Positions 34,374 through 44,310 are shown, counted from the first letter of the stretch. The stretch is 64,000 nucleotides of DNA from Phenylobacterium sp. (GCF_036963605.1 NZ_JBALUY010000002.1:961-64960), one strand, 5' to 3'. Notes: generated by a model not told the origin, from the sequence alone. A program made the numbers and translations.

Positions 34374-37154
34374 TCACATCATATCGCCGGCGGCGGCGTC
34401 GAGTAGCAGGAAGACCCGGCCGGCGTCGGAGGCCAGCAGGGTGGCGACCATGAAGCCTTCGTGGTCGCGGGCCACCGCCTCATCCAACATGCCGCGATAG
34501 CGGCGCACATAGTCGCTGGCCTCGCCCTTGAGGGCGTCGTCGGTGAACAGGCGTCGGGTCAGGCGCCGCGTGGCCGCAGGCGCCAGGCGTCGGACCACTT
34601 GGCGAGCGCCCTCGGCGTCGCCAGTCTGGACCGCAGCGCCGATCTCCTCGATCCGGGTGCGCGGCAGCAGGGCCGATGGGTCGATGCCCATATCGACGAT
34701 GTCGGCCAGCAACTGAGCCTCGCGGCGCTCGTCCGAGGGCCTCGGCGGCGGCTCGTCGATCGCCGCCAGCAGGTCCTTCCAGGTCAGGCCATCCCCATCG
34801 TCGCCTTCGGCCTGGGGCGCGGGCGGTCCGCCGGCCGACTCGAACAGGCTGGAGAACTCCTCGTCCGTCGCCGTCGGCGTCAGGCGCAGGCGGGGCCGCA
34901 GGCCCGCCTCCTCGGCGGTCTGGCGGCGAGGCTCGCGCTCAGAACCGCGCGAGGTCCGCGGCGCCGGCTCGTTGAGCTCAAGCGGGTCTTCGATCCGGCC
35001 GGACGGGGCTTCGACGGCGGGCGGCCGCGGACGGGCCTCGCGGGCCGGCGGGCGGCGCTCGCGCACCGGCGGCAGTCCAGACCCCAACCCCGATCCCAGA
35101 CCCGAGTTCAGGCCGGCGCTGGCGCTGCTGGCCACCGAGCCCATGAGGCGCACGGCTTCGCTCAGCATTTCGTAGTTGCGGCTGACCCGCTCCTGGAAGG
35201 CCGCGTCGATGGCCTGGGTTTCCTCGGCGGTCCGGCGGGCCTGATCCATCAGATCCTCGATGCTCTCGCCCACCGCCTCGCGGACATCCTGCGCCTGGCG
35301 TCGGGCGCTGGCCGGGATGTCGGCGGCCCGGGCGTCGAGATCGGCCATCAGGGCCTGCAGTTCGTTCAGGGTCTGGCGGGCGGCGGCCGCGCCGGCCTCC
35401 AGCTTGCGCGCCGTCTGGGCGCCGGCCTCTTCCACCAGGCTCGCAGACTGCTCGATCAGAGAGCGCGCCTCTTCCAGCCGGCCCTCGAACACCTGATCGG
35501 CCTTCTGGCCGGCGGCGAAGGCGGCCTCGGACAGCTGGTCGACCTGCTGGCGGGCGGCCTCGGCGTGACGAGCGGCGGCCAGGCGGGTTTCCTCGGCGGC
35601 GTCCGACAGGGCCGCGATCGCCTGGCGGGTCTGGGCCTCAAGCTGCGCCCGCTCCCCCGAGGCCGTCTCCGAGAGGCTCTTCCAGGACTGGCGGATGCTT
35701 TCGCCAAAGGCGTCGCGCTCGCCCTGGGCGGCGTCGGCCAGATCGCCGAACTGATCGGCCGCCTGGGCCACCAGTTCGCGCAGCATCTGGGCGCCCTTGA
35801 TGGCCCGATCGCCCATCTCCACGGCCGACAGCCGGGCCTCCGACAGATATTCGGCCAGCTTGGCGGTGTGGGTTTCGGCCTCGGCGGCGAAGGATTCCTG
35901 ATCGGCGCGCAGGCCGTGGGCCACGGCCACCAGGGCCGCGCGCTGCTCCGAGAGGCCCACCTCGGCCGCGCCCACCTGATCGGCGACCCCAGCGCCGGCG
36001 CTTTCCAGGCGGGCGATGTGACGGGTCAGGTCTTCGCCGACGATGCGGGCGACATCGCTGGTCTCCCCCGCCGCGGCGGCCAGGTCGGCGGCCCGGGCGG
36101 CCAGCGAGGCTTCGGCTTCACGCAGCTGGGTCTCGGCCAGGTCGGACGCCTCGGCGACCATGCGCGCCTGGCTGGTGATGGCGTCCATGACGGCGGTGGA
36201 CTGCGCATCGAGCCGGCCGGCCAGGGTGGTCATTTCCGAACGCTCATGGGACAGGGCTCGCGTCAGGTTTTCCGCCGTGCGGGCCGAGGCCTGGGCCGCA
36301 TTGACCAGCTGCTCGGTCTCCGCCGCCAGGGCCGCGCGCAGGGCTGAAAGCGTCTCGCGGGCGTCATGGGCGGCTTCGCCGGCGCGGACGATTTCCTCGC
36401 GCACATTCTGCACCACCTCGCCGGCCCGACCGGCCGCGACCATGGCCGGGGAGACCAGCTCGTCAGCCAGGCGCTGGGTGCGGCGGGCCTCGAGGGCCAG
36501 CTTCTGACCCTGGCGAAGGGCATAGGCCACGACCCAGACCAGCACCGCCGGCGCCAGGGCCAGCAGGGCGAAGACCGCCAGGGCGAAGACGTCGTTCTGG
36601 AAGGGCACCACATCCCCGCGATAGCCCCAGGCATAGGCGATCGGCGCCAGCGACCAGAGCGCGGAGATCGCCGCGGCCCCGGCATAGATCGGCCAGGCGG
36701 GCGGCATCTCGCCCGAACTGGCTTCAGGGCTCCGGGGGGCCGTCAGGGCGCCGCCGTCGGCGCGGGCGGGACTGCGGGCGCCGGATCTGGTCAGGTCGCC
36801 GCCCGGCGCCGCCTCGGCCAGGCGGAAAGGTTCTTCGGTGGAGGCGTCCCGTGGTCCGGGCGCCGCAGGCTCGAACAGCTCCGCGTCGGCCGCACCGCCC
36901 CCAGCCTCGGGGGTTGAGCCGTCATAGGCCTGGGCGCCGAAGGACTGAGCGCTCGAAACCGGCGCGTCCTGATAGGCTGGAGCTTCAGGCCCGCCATGGC
37001 CCGCCTCGGAGTCGGTCTCTTCGGGCGCGGCGGTGAGATCGAGGTCGTGGTCGGGGCCAGCCTCAGGGGCGTCGGACTCCGGGCGCTCTGCCGGATCCGG
37101 CTCGGTGAGGCTTTGGAAATCCAGCGGTTGATGACGCCGGTTCTTGATCTTCAT
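34374..37154 (-). CDS. large membrane-anchored coiled-coil protein (TipN-like polarity factor candidate)
   Basis: 926 aa: disordered acidic N-terminus, two TM segments (WPIYAGAAAISALWSLAPIAYAW; VFALAVFALLALAPAVLVWVVAYAL), an A/E/R/L-rich coiled coil of several hundred residues, and a globular C-terminus. The architecture matches published descriptions of Caulobacter TipN. Homology not verified. Confidence 0.7.
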   Translation of the reverse strand: MKIKNRRHQPLDFQSLTEPDPAERPESDAPEAGPDHDLDLTAAPEETDSEAGHGGPEAPAYQDAPVSSAQSFGAQAYDGSTPEAGGGAADAELFEPAAPGPRDASTEEPFRLAEAAPGGDLTRSGARSPARADGGALTAPRSPEASSGEMPPAWPIYAGAAAISALWSLAPIAYAWGYRGDVVPFQNDVFALAVFALLALAPAVLVWVVAYALRQGQKLALEARRTQRLADELVSPAMVAAGRAGEVVQNVREEIVRAGEAAHDARETLSALRAALAAETEQLVNAAQASARTAENLTRALSHERSEMTTLAGRLDAQSTAVMDAITSQARMVAEASDLAETQLREAEASLAARAADLAAAAGETSDVARIVGEDLTRHIARLESAGAGVADQVGAAEVGLSEQRAALVAVAHGLRADQESFAAEAETHTAKLAEYLSEARLSAVEMGDRAIKGAQMLRELVAQAADQFGDLADAAQGERDAFGESIRQSWKSLSETASGERAQLEAQTRQAIAALSDAAEETRLAAARHAEAARQQVDQLSEAAFAAGQKADQVFEGRLEEARSLIEQSASLVEEAGAQTARKLEAGAAAARQTLNELQALMADLDARAADIPASARRQAQDVREAVGESIEDLMDQARRTAEETQAIDAAFQERVSRNYEMLSEAVRLMGSVASSASAGLNSGLGSGLGSGLPPVRERRPPAREARPRPPAVEAPSGRIEDPLELNEPAPRTSRGSEREPRRQTAEEAGLRPRLRLTPTATDEEFSSLFESAGGPPAPQAEGDDGDGLTWKDLLAAIDEPPPRPSDERREAQLLADIVDMGIDPSALLPRTRIEEIGAAVQTGDAEGARQVVRRLAPAATRRLTRRLFTDDALKGEASDYVRRYRGMLDEAVARDHEGFMVATLLASDAGRVFLLLDAAAGDMM

Positions 37155-37318
37155 CTGCGGCCCGTTACTGGCGGCCAACACGCCCCGCGCGCGTCGGGCG
37201 CTCGTCAGCTGGCCCGCGCGCCCCAAGTCCCAAGGATTATCTTTGATCGGCCCGCACGCAAAGCGCCATGCGGCCAATTTGCGCCGTCGCCGGCATATTT
37301 CCGGCCTTGTGGGCGGCC

Positions 37319-37582
37319 CTACGCGGCGCTGATGGCGCTCGCGCCGTGATGGCAGGGCTCCTCCGTCGCCCGTGCGGCGACAGGCCCAGCCTTCAACGGA
37401 ATCCCCAAGGGGGTGGAGATCGGGGTGTTCACAGAACGGGTCGGCGTCGAGCGCGCCACCTTGCGGGCGGCGGCCACGGGGCGCTCGGGCTGGTGGGGTT
37501 CGATGGTCACCCCGAAGTGCGAATAGGCCACGGCCGAGGAATGCACGACCACCGCGGCGACAAGTTCGGTCAAGGTTTGCAT
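37319..37582 (-). CDS. possible small protein (87 aa)
   Basis: GGGAGAG lies 5 nt upstream of the ATG. The N-terminus MQTLTELVAAVVVHSSAVAYS is signal-like. No homology recognised. Confidence 0.3.
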   Translation of the reverse strand: MQTLTELVAAVVVHSSAVAYSHFGVTIEPHQPERPVAAARKVARSTPTRSVNTPISTPLGIPLKAGPVAARATEEPCHHGASAISAA

Positions 37583-37700
37583 CGGATCTCTCCCGTCACC
37601 GATACGAGTCTGCGAACGGGGTTATCGGCGAAGCTCGACCGACGGGCAACAGGGCGTCACATGAAGTTTCGTTCATGTGACGCCCGTGGCTCATCAGCCC

Positions 37701-38345
37701 TCAGTAGCGGCGGCAGACCAGGTCGCGCAGGACGCTGGAAGGCCCCGTATAGCGCCCCTCGCCATCGATGGCCTGCTGGGCCCGCTGGCTGGAGTCGTAA
37801 TAGGCCGAAGAGCCCAGCCCCTGGGACCGGCAGAAGGCGTTGGCCGAAGAGGACCCAGCCGCGATGTCGTAGCCTTCCATCGTCGGATACGGGAAGAACA
37901 CGCTGCGCGTGCCCTCATAGGGCCGGTACTGGCCCGGCCCGCTCCAAGAACCGCCGGGCCGCCAGGAATTGCCGCCGCTTGGGGGCCTGTGGCCGCCGCC
38001 GCCGCCCGCATAGCCCTGCAGCGACGTGATCCGCTCGGCCATGCCCAGGCGGTTCAGATCCGGAACGTCGCCGTTCACATCCTGGCACCGGCCGCGAAAG
38101 TCAGAATCCTCGCAGATGCGCCAGCGCCCCTGGAAGCGGGCGCTGAGCGCCTTGTCGTTCCAATCCCGCGGCAGGTTGGTGGCCAGCCCATAGATGGTCG
38201 TCTGACGTCCCTGGAAATTCGGTTGATCGAATAGGATGGCCGAAGGCTGACGCCCTGCGCCGCCGCCATGGGGTTGGGCCAGGGCCACGCCCGCGGCCAC
38301 GCCCAGGGTGGCGATCGCCGCCACCGTCGCCAGTATCGTCTTCAT
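37701..38345 (-). CDS. secreted beta/gamma-crystallin-domain protein
   Basis: Signal peptide MKTILATVAAIATLGVAAGVALA. ILFDQPNFQGRQTTIYG...NDKALSARF...WRICEDSDFRGRC are Greek-key motifs. Gly-rich linker, then a Cys-containing C-terminal domain. Confidence 0.7.
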   Translation of the reverse strand: MKTILATVAAIATLGVAAGVALAQPHGGGAGRQPSAILFDQPNFQGRQTTIYGLATNLPRDWNDKALSARFQGRWRICEDSDFRGRCQDVNGDVPDLNRLGMAERITSLQGYAGGGGGHRPPSGGNSWRPGGSWSGPGQYRPYEGTRSVFFPYPTMEGYDIAAGSSSANAFCRSQGLGSSAYYDSSQRAQQAIDGEGRYTGPSSVLRDLVCRRY

Positions 38346-38411
38346 AGTGCGTCTTCCCCTGTCGTCCCTCAAGCTTGAGCCTAGACTGGCGGGGGCGAGG
38401 GTGAAAGCCGG

Positions 38412-38990
38412 TTAAGGCGCCGCCGAAAACAGGTCCGGCGCAGGCGCGCGAAAGCTCGCGCCCTCATGGCGCAGGAGCCACTGCTTGCGGTCCAGGCCGC
38501 CGCCGTAGCCGGTCAGGGCGCCGCTCGCCCCGATCACCCTGTGACAGGGCGCCACCAGGCCCACGGGATTGGAGCCGTTGGCCAGGCCCACGGCGCGCAC
38601 GGCCTTGGGCGCCCCCACATGGGCGGCGAGTTGGCCATAGGACCAGGTCTGGCCGGCAGGAATCTCACAGAGCGCCCGCCAGACCGCCTGCTGGAACGCC
38701 GTTCCCCCCGTCGCCCACGGCACCTTGGCCAAGGCGTCGGTCTCGCCGTGGAAATAGGCCGCGAACGGGCCGGCCAGAGCCGGCGGCGGCGACGCCTCGG
38801 CCACCCCGGCGGCGGCGGCGGGACCGTAGTGGCGGGTGAGCAGGCGGACCATGCGGGCCTCGTGGCTCTCCCAGTCGAAGGCCCGCAGCACGCCCTCGCC
38901 GTCAAAGACGATCCGGGCCGGGCCGAGCGGTGTGGGGATATCGGCTTGGAACAGGCGGTCAGGCGGCGTTCTGGTCATGACGAGGCTCAT
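38412..38990 (-). CDS. ogt: methylated-DNA-protein-cysteine methyltransferase
   Basis: Active-site PCHRVIG and GYGGGLDRKQWLLRHEG. The start overlaps the upstream gene end. Confidence 0.9.
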   Translation of the reverse strand: MSLVMTRTPPDRLFQADIPTPLGPARIVFDGEGVLRAFDWESHEARMVRLLTRHYGPAAAAGVAEASPPPALAGPFAAYFHGETDALAKVPWATGGTAFQQAVWRALCEIPAGQTWSYGQLAAHVGAPKAVRAVGLANGSNPVGLVAPCHRVIGASGALTGYGGGLDRKQWLLRHEGASFRAPAPDLFSAAP

Positions 38991-40527
38991 TTCGAATGGG
39001 CTTGAGCTTCGCAGGGGTCATCCCCTCCGAGGCCCAGAGATGCAGGGCGGCATAGGCCCGCCAGGGCCGCCAGGCCTCGGCGCGTGCGGCCAGTTGCGGG
39101 GCGGTGGGACGCACGCCGTCCGGGCCGGTCAGGGCGCGCATCAGGCCGATGTCCCCGTGGGGGAAGGCGTCAGGCTCCCGCATCTGGCGAAGGGCGATGT
39201 ACTGCGCCGTCCACTCCCCGATCCCCGGCAGCGCCTTCAGCCGCGCCACGGCGTCCTCCAGCGTCCCGCGCGGGGCGAACAGTTGCGGATCGGCTGCCGC
39301 GGCGGCGGCGAGCGCCACCAGGGCCCGCGCCCGAGCCTGTGGCATGGGCAGGCCGGCTGGGTCGATCATCCCCAGCGCCTCGGCGGTCGGAAACAGGTGG
39401 GTCAGGCCCGGCGAGGCCAGCCGCCCAGGCAGGGCCTCCCCATAGGCGGCGGCCAACCGGCCGGCGATGCTGCGGGCGCCGACCACGGTGATCTGCTGGC
39501 CAAGCACCGCGCGCACCGCCAGCTCGAAGCCGTCCCAGGCGCCGGGCGCCCGCAGTCCCGGACGTTGCGCCACCAGCGGCGCGAGCGCCGGATCGCGCGA
39601 CAGGTGGGCGTTCACCAGGGCCGGGTCGGCGCCCAGGTCGAACACCCGGCGCACCCGGGCGATGACCTGCGGCAGCACCTGCAGTCTTGGGAATTGGGCG
39701 CGAACCTCCAGGGTCTCGCCGGCCCCCGGCGCGACGCTCACCCGCCCCACATCCGCGCCGATGCGCAGGCTCCGCTCGTAGCGCCCATCTACAACCTGCT
39801 CGACACCCGGAACGGCGCGCAGCGCCAGGAAGTCCAGCATGGCGGCCCAGTCATAGGGCGCCCGATAGGCCAGTCGCAGGGTGACAATCCCGCCGTCCGC
39901 CCCGCTGACCTCCGTCCGTCGGGCGCGGCGCAGATTCCCAGGCGGTCTGGCGAACAGTTGCTGGAAGGTCTCGTTGAACCGCCGCACGCTGCCAAAGCCC
40001 GCCGCCAGCGCCACCTCGCCCATGGGCAAAGCCGTGTCGTGGATCAGTTGCTTGGCCAGCAGCACCCGCCGCGTCTGGGCTACCGCCACGGGGGAGGCGC
40101 CCAGGTGTGTCTTGAACAGCCGGCGCAGTTGGCGTCCGCCGACGCCGAGACGGTCCCCCAGGGCCTCCACATCGCCCTCGTCCAGGGCGCCGTCCTCGAT
40201 CAAGGCCAGGGCGCGGGCCACCGTGTTGGACGCGCCCCGCCAGGCGCCAAGGTCCGGCGAGGTTTCGGGCCGGCAGCGCAGGCAGGGCCGGAAGCCCGCC
40301 TCCTGGGCGGCGGCGGCGGACGGGTAGAAGCTCACATTGCGCCGTAGCGGCGTACGCGCCGGGCAGATCGGCCGGCAATAGACCCCGGTCGAGCGCACGC
40401 CGACGAAGATCTTCCCGTCCAGGCGGGCGTCACGCATCGAAAAGGCGCGGTAGCAGGCGTCGTCATCCAGATCCATGACGGCGACCATCGCGCCGACGCG
40501 CCCCCCTGTCTCGCGGTTTTCGGACAT
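38959..40527 (-). CDS. fused AdaA-like (Zn methylphosphotriester sensor + AraC HTH) and AlkA-like 3-methyladenine glycosylase II
   Basis: N-terminal Cys cluster CYRAF...YCRPICPAR...RPCLRCRP, AraC-type HTH in the middle, and an HhH-GPD C-terminus (ALPGIGEWTAQYIALR). Confidence 0.85.
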   Translation of the reverse strand: MSENRETGGRVGAMVAVMDLDDDACYRAFSMRDARLDGKIFVGVRSTGVYCRPICPARTPLRRNVSFYPSAAAAQEAGFRPCLRCRPETSPDLGAWRGASNTVARALALIEDGALDEGDVEALGDRLGVGGRQLRRLFKTHLGASPVAVAQTRRVLLAKQLIHDTALPMGEVALAAGFGSVRRFNETFQQLFARPPGNLRRARRTEVSGADGGIVTLRLAYRAPYDWAAMLDFLALRAVPGVEQVVDGRYERSLRIGADVGRVSVAPGAGETLEVRAQFPRLQVLPQVIARVRRVFDLGADPALVNAHLSRDPALAPLVAQRPGLRAPGAWDGFELAVRAVLGQQITVVGARSIAGRLAAAYGEALPGRLASPGLTHLFPTAEALGMIDPAGLPMPQARARALVALAAAAAADPQLFAPRGTLEDAVARLKALPGIGEWTAQYIALRQMREPDAFPHGDIGLMRALTGPDGVRPTAPQLAARAEAWRPWRAYAALHLWASEGMTPAKLKPIRNEPRHDQNAA

Positions 40528-40664
40528 CGAGTCAGGCCCGATAGCGGTTTCCGGACCTCGTCTTCCCTGGCCGCGCTCCCCCGGGCGAAGAAATCTCGAA
40601 TTTTTTCAACCTTTGTTAGGTGCGCCGCAGCAAAGTGCGGGTCTGTGAGTTGGAGCAGCTGGGT

Positions 40665-41480
40665 ATGGACATCGTCGCCCGCAATAACGTGACCTTTCGC
40701 GGCCAGGGTCCCGCCACCATCCTGTTCGCCCACGGTTTTGGCTGCGACCAGAACATGTGGCGCCATGTGGCCTACGCCTTTGACAAGCAGGGCGTCGTCG
40801 GCCTGTTCGACCATGTGGGCGCGGGTCTTTCAGACGCGAGCGCCTACGACTCCCAGAAATATAGCTCCCTGCATGGTTACGCCGCCGACGTGATCGAGAT
40901 CTGCGACAGCCAGGGCCTGAAGGACGTCATCTTCGTCGGCCATTCGGTCAGCGCCACCATCGGCGTCCTGGCCGCCGTGGCCCGTCCGGACCTGTTTTCG
41001 GCCCTCGTCCTCGTTTGCCCCTCGCCGCGCTACGCCAATACCGACACCTATGTGGGCGGGTTTGATGAGGCCGATATCGACGAACTCCTGGACCTGATGG
41101 ACAAGAACCATCTGGACTGGTCGGCCCTGATGGCGCCCATGGTCATCGGCAAGGAGAATGGCCCAGCCCTGCAGGATGAGTGGCGCGACAGCGTCTGCCG
41201 GGCAGATCCCGAAATCGCCAAGGCTTTCGCCGACGTCACCTTCCGCTCTGACCACCGGGCCGACTATCGGAAGGTGACCATGCCGACCCTGCTGATCGAG
41301 TGCAGCGACGACGCCTTGGCGCCCGCCGAGGTAGGCGCCTATGTCCAGGCGGCGATCATCGGCAGCCAGCGCCGCATTCTGAACGCCAGCGGTCACTGCC
41401 CTCACATGAGCGCGCCGGCCGAGGTGATCGACGCCATCAAGGCCTTTGTCGCCGAACAAGGCGGACGTCAGGCCGCCTGA
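40665..41480 (+). CDS. alpha/beta hydrolase of the RsbQ/D14/KAI2 type
   Basis: ILFAHGFGCDQNMW, nucleophile elbow FVGHSVSATIG (compare GHSVSAMIG in D14/KAI2), Asp in CSDDALAP, His in SGHCPHMSAP. Confidence 0.8.
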   Translation: MDIVARNNVTFRGQGPATILFAHGFGCDQNMWRHVAYAFDKQGVVGLFDHVGAGLSDASAYDSQKYSSLHGYAADVIEICDSQGLKDVIFVGHSVSATIGVLAAVARPDLFSALVLVCPSPRYANTDTYVGGFDEADIDELLDLMDKNHLDWSALMAPMVIGKENGPALQDEWRDSVCRADPEIAKAFADVTFRSDHRADYRKVTMPTLLIECSDDALAPAEVGAYVQAAIIGSQRRILNASGHCPHMSAPAEVIDAIKAFVAEQGGRQAA

Positions 41481-41481
41481 A

Positions 41482-43080
41482 TTGGTGACACGCTCCATCC
41501 CCGTCGCCGATGCTGGCGACCTCTTCGATCTCGTGCCTTGCGGTCTGCTCCACCTCAGCGCCGATTTCGAGATCCTGTCGGCCAACGCCTATTTCCTCGA
41601 CCTGATCGGCGCGAGCCGGGCCGACCTGGACAGCGGGATAAAGCTCCATCGCCTGCTCAGCGTCGCCGGCCGCATCTTCCTGCAGACCCGCCTGCAGCAG
41701 GAGTTGGCCCTGGCCGGCCGCCTCGAGGAACTGGCCCTTGACATCGTCCGCGCCGACGGCGTCCGGGTGCCGGTCATGCTCAACGCTGTTCAACCGTCGG
41801 ATGCCGACGGTCAGCCCGGCGACATCCGCATCGCCCTGTGGCGGGCGGTCAGCAAGCGCGCCTATGAAGCCGAAGTCCCCAAGGCCCGCAAGGCCGCCCA
41901 GGAGGCTGTGCAGGTCAAGGCCGACTTCCTGGCCAATGTCAGCCACGAGATTCGCACGCCGCTCAATGGCGTGATCGCTGTCGCCGGCGTCCTGCGCCGC
42001 ACGGCCCTGGCGCCGGAGCAGCTGGAAATGGTCGAGGTCATCCAGTCCTCGGGCGCCATGCTTGAGCGGCTGGTTTCCGACATCCTCGACCTGTCCAAGG
42101 TGCAGGCTGGCGGCCTGACCCTGGAGGTGAGGCCCTTCGACCTCATGGCGGAGATCGGCGGGGTGATCGACATGGCCCGGCTGCGCGCCCGCGAGAAGGG
42201 CATCGGCTTCCATCTGGACTGCGCCGAGGGGGTCGAGGGGCGCTATCTGGGAGACGCCGTCCGGCTCAAGCAGATCCTCGGCAACCTGACCGCCAACGCC
42301 ATCAAGTTCACCGAGCAGGGCGAGGTGCGCCTGGTTCTGACCCGGACCGTCGACGGCCGGCTGGAGTTGCAGGTGACCGACACAGGCGTCGGGTTCGACG
42401 AAGAGGTGGGCGACACCCTCTTCCGCCGCTTCCAACAGGCCGACTCCGGCATCACACGGCGCTTCGGCGGGACCGGCCTTGGCCTGTCGATCACCAAGTC
42501 GCTGATCGACCTCATGGGCGGAACCATCACCGTCCGCTCGCGCCTGGGCGAGGGAAGCCAGTTCATCGCCAGCCTCCCCTTGGCCCAGCTTGAGGCCTTC
42601 TCCGATCTTCCGATGGAGGCCGCGCCCGCCGCCGCGCCCGCCAATGTCCCCGTCAGCCTGCGGATCCTGCTGGTCGAGGACAATCCAACCAACCAGCGCG
42701 TCGTCCAGATGATCCTGGCGCCGTTCGACATCGATCTGACCCTGACCGAAAACGGCGCCCTGGGGGTCGAGGCCTGGCGCCAGGGCGGATACGACCTGAT
42801 CCTGATGGACATGCAGATGCCGGTCATGGACGGTCTGACCGCCATCGCCGAAATCCGTAAGGCCGAGCGCGCCGAACCCCATCGCGGCCGCACCCCGATC
42901 GCCATGCTGAGCGCCAATGCGATGGAGCACCACCGTCAGGAAGCGGCCCAGGCCGGCGCCGATCTGCACCTGTCCAAGCCGATCACCCCCGAGCGGTTGC
43001 TCGAGGGGATCGATCAGGCGCTAGCCCTTGCTGCGGCGCCGGCTGAGTCCCAGAAAGAGACAGGTCAGGCCCGCGCCTGA
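41482..43080 (+). CDS. hybrid sensor histidine kinase: PAS - HisKA - HATPase - receiver
   Basis: PAS-like N-terminus (GLLHLSADFEILSANAYFLDLIG), H-box FLANVSHEIRTPLNG, G-boxes DTGVGF/GGTGLGLSI, receiver ILLVEDNPTNQ...ILMDMQMPVMDG...KP. The start is uncertain: TTG 41482, GTG 41485, and the track ORF starts at 41446. Confidence 0.85.
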   Translation: MVTRSIPVADAGDLFDLVPCGLLHLSADFEILSANAYFLDLIGASRADLDSGIKLHRLLSVAGRIFLQTRLQQELALAGRLEELALDIVRADGVRVPVMLNAVQPSDADGQPGDIRIALWRAVSKRAYEAEVPKARKAAQEAVQVKADFLANVSHEIRTPLNGVIAVAGVLRRTALAPEQLEMVEVIQSSGAMLERLVSDILDLSKVQAGGLTLEVRPFDLMAEIGGVIDMARLRAREKGIGFHLDCAEGVEGRYLGDAVRLKQILGNLTANAIKFTEQGEVRLVLTRTVDGRLELQVTDTGVGFDEEVGDTLFRRFQQADSGITRRFGGTGLGLSITKSLIDLMGGTITVRSRLGEGSQFIASLPLAQLEAFSDLPMEAAPAAAPANVPVSLRILLVEDNPTNQRVVQMILAPFDIDLTLTENGALGVEAWRQGGYDLILMDMQMPVMDGLTAIAEIRKAERAEPHRGRTPIAMLSANAMEHHRQEAAQAGADLHLSKPITPERLLEGIDQALALAAAPAESQKETGQARA

Positions 43081-43262
43081 GGTCCTCGCTCCTGCGCCAA
43101 AAGCCGACAAAGTCACGGATTCACCCAGATCGGGCGCCCGACGTCATGGGATTGTGCGGCGCACGCGCTAAGGGATCAGCACTGGCCCGGAACTTGAACC
43201 GCAGGTTGAGCCTGCGCTTGCCTTGGGCGCCTCGGTCCCTTAACTGACCGGGAAAGGGCCAG

Positions 43263-43299
43263 TCTGCGTGTCGGGTGCAACCGACGGGCGGATTTTTTT
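43263..43299 (+). terminator. intrinsic terminator/attenuator hairpin in the cysD leader
   Basis: TCTGCGTGTCGG-gtgcaa-CCGACGGGCGGA (12-bp stem, 1 mismatch, 2 G-U pairs) followed by TTTTTTT. It ends 28 nt before the cysD ATG. Confidence 0.55.
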
Positions 43300-43326
43300 G
43301 AGCAACGCACGGACACTCAGGCCCAG

Positions 43327-44310
43327 ATGACTCCCATGCAAGGTTCGACTGTCATGGACGCCCGCCAAGCCGAGGCCGCCAAGAGCGGCCCCACGCCCGG
43401 CCTTTCCGCCGAGACCCTCACCCACCTCCAGCGGCTGGAGGCGGAGAGTATTCACATCATGCGGGAGGTGGTCGCCGAGGCCGAGCGCCCGGTGATGCTC
43501 TATTCGGTGGGCAAGGACTCCGCGGTGATGCTTCACCTGGCGGCCAAGGCCTTCTACCCGTCCAAGCCGCCCTTCCCGCTGCTGCACGTGGACACGACCT
43601 GGAAGTTCCGGGCCATGTACGAGATGCGCGAGCGGATGTCGCAGCACCTCGGCTTCGAGCTGCTGGTGCACCAGAATCCGGAAGCGGTGGAACGGGGCAT
43701 CAATCCCTTCGACCATGGCTCGGCCCTGCACACCGACATGTGGAAGACCGAGGGGCTGAAGCAGGCGCTGGACAAGTACGGCTTTGACGCGGCCTTCGGC
43801 GGCGCCCGCCGCGACGAGGAAAAGTCCCGCGCCAAGGAGCGCGTCTTCTCCTTCCGCTCGGCCCAGCACCGCTGGGACCCCAAGAACCAGCGCCCGGAGC
43901 TGTGGAACCTCTACAACGCCCGCAAGGCCAAGGGTGAGAGCATCCGGGTGTTCCCGATCTCCAACTGGACCGAGCTGGACATCTGGCAATACATCCACCT
44001 GGAGAACATCCCCATCGTCCCCCTCTACTTTTCGGCCGAGCGGCCGGTGGTGGAGCGTGACGGCGCCCTGATCATGGTCGATGACGACCGTATGCCGCTT
44101 CGTCCGGGCGAGACCCCGGTGATGAAGTCGGTCCGCTTCCGCACACTCGGCTGCTACCCCCTGACCGGCGCGGTCGAAAGCACGGCGGCGACCCTGCCCG
44201 AAATCATCCAGGAAATGCTTCTCACCACCACGTCCGAGCGCCAGGGCCGCGTGATCGATCACGACCAGGCCGCCTCGATGGAGAAGAAGAAGCAAGAGGG
44301 CTACTTCTGA
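43327..44310 (+). CDS. cysD: sulfate adenylyltransferase subunit 2
   Basis: [21 protein letters not shown]...[16 protein letters not shown]...[20 protein letters not shown] are PAPS-reductase-fold CysD hallmarks. Confidence 0.95.
   Translation: MTPMQGSTVMDARQAEAAKSGPTPGLSAETLTHLQRLEAESIHIMREVVAEAERPVMLYSVGKDSAVMLHLAAKAFYPSKPPFPLLHVDTTWKFRAMYEMRERMSQHLGFELLVHQNPEAVERGINPFDHGSALHTDMWKTEGLKQALDKYGFDAAFGGARRDEEKSRAKERVFSFRSAQHRWDPKNQRPELWNLYNARKAKGESIRVFPISNWTELDIWQYIHLENIPIVPLYFSAERPVVERDGALIMVDDDRMPLRPGETPVMKSVRFRTLGCYPLTGAVESTAATLPEIIQEMLLTTTSERQGRVIDHDQAASMEKKKQEGYF

Noticed and set aside
34461-36347. 628-aa plus-strand ORF
   Set aside because: Antisense to the coiled-coil protein gene. The repetitive GLG/RRG composition mirrors the Ala/Glu-rich sense frame.
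41437-42969. 510-aa minus-strand ORF
   Set aside because: Antisense to the hybrid histidine kinase gene.
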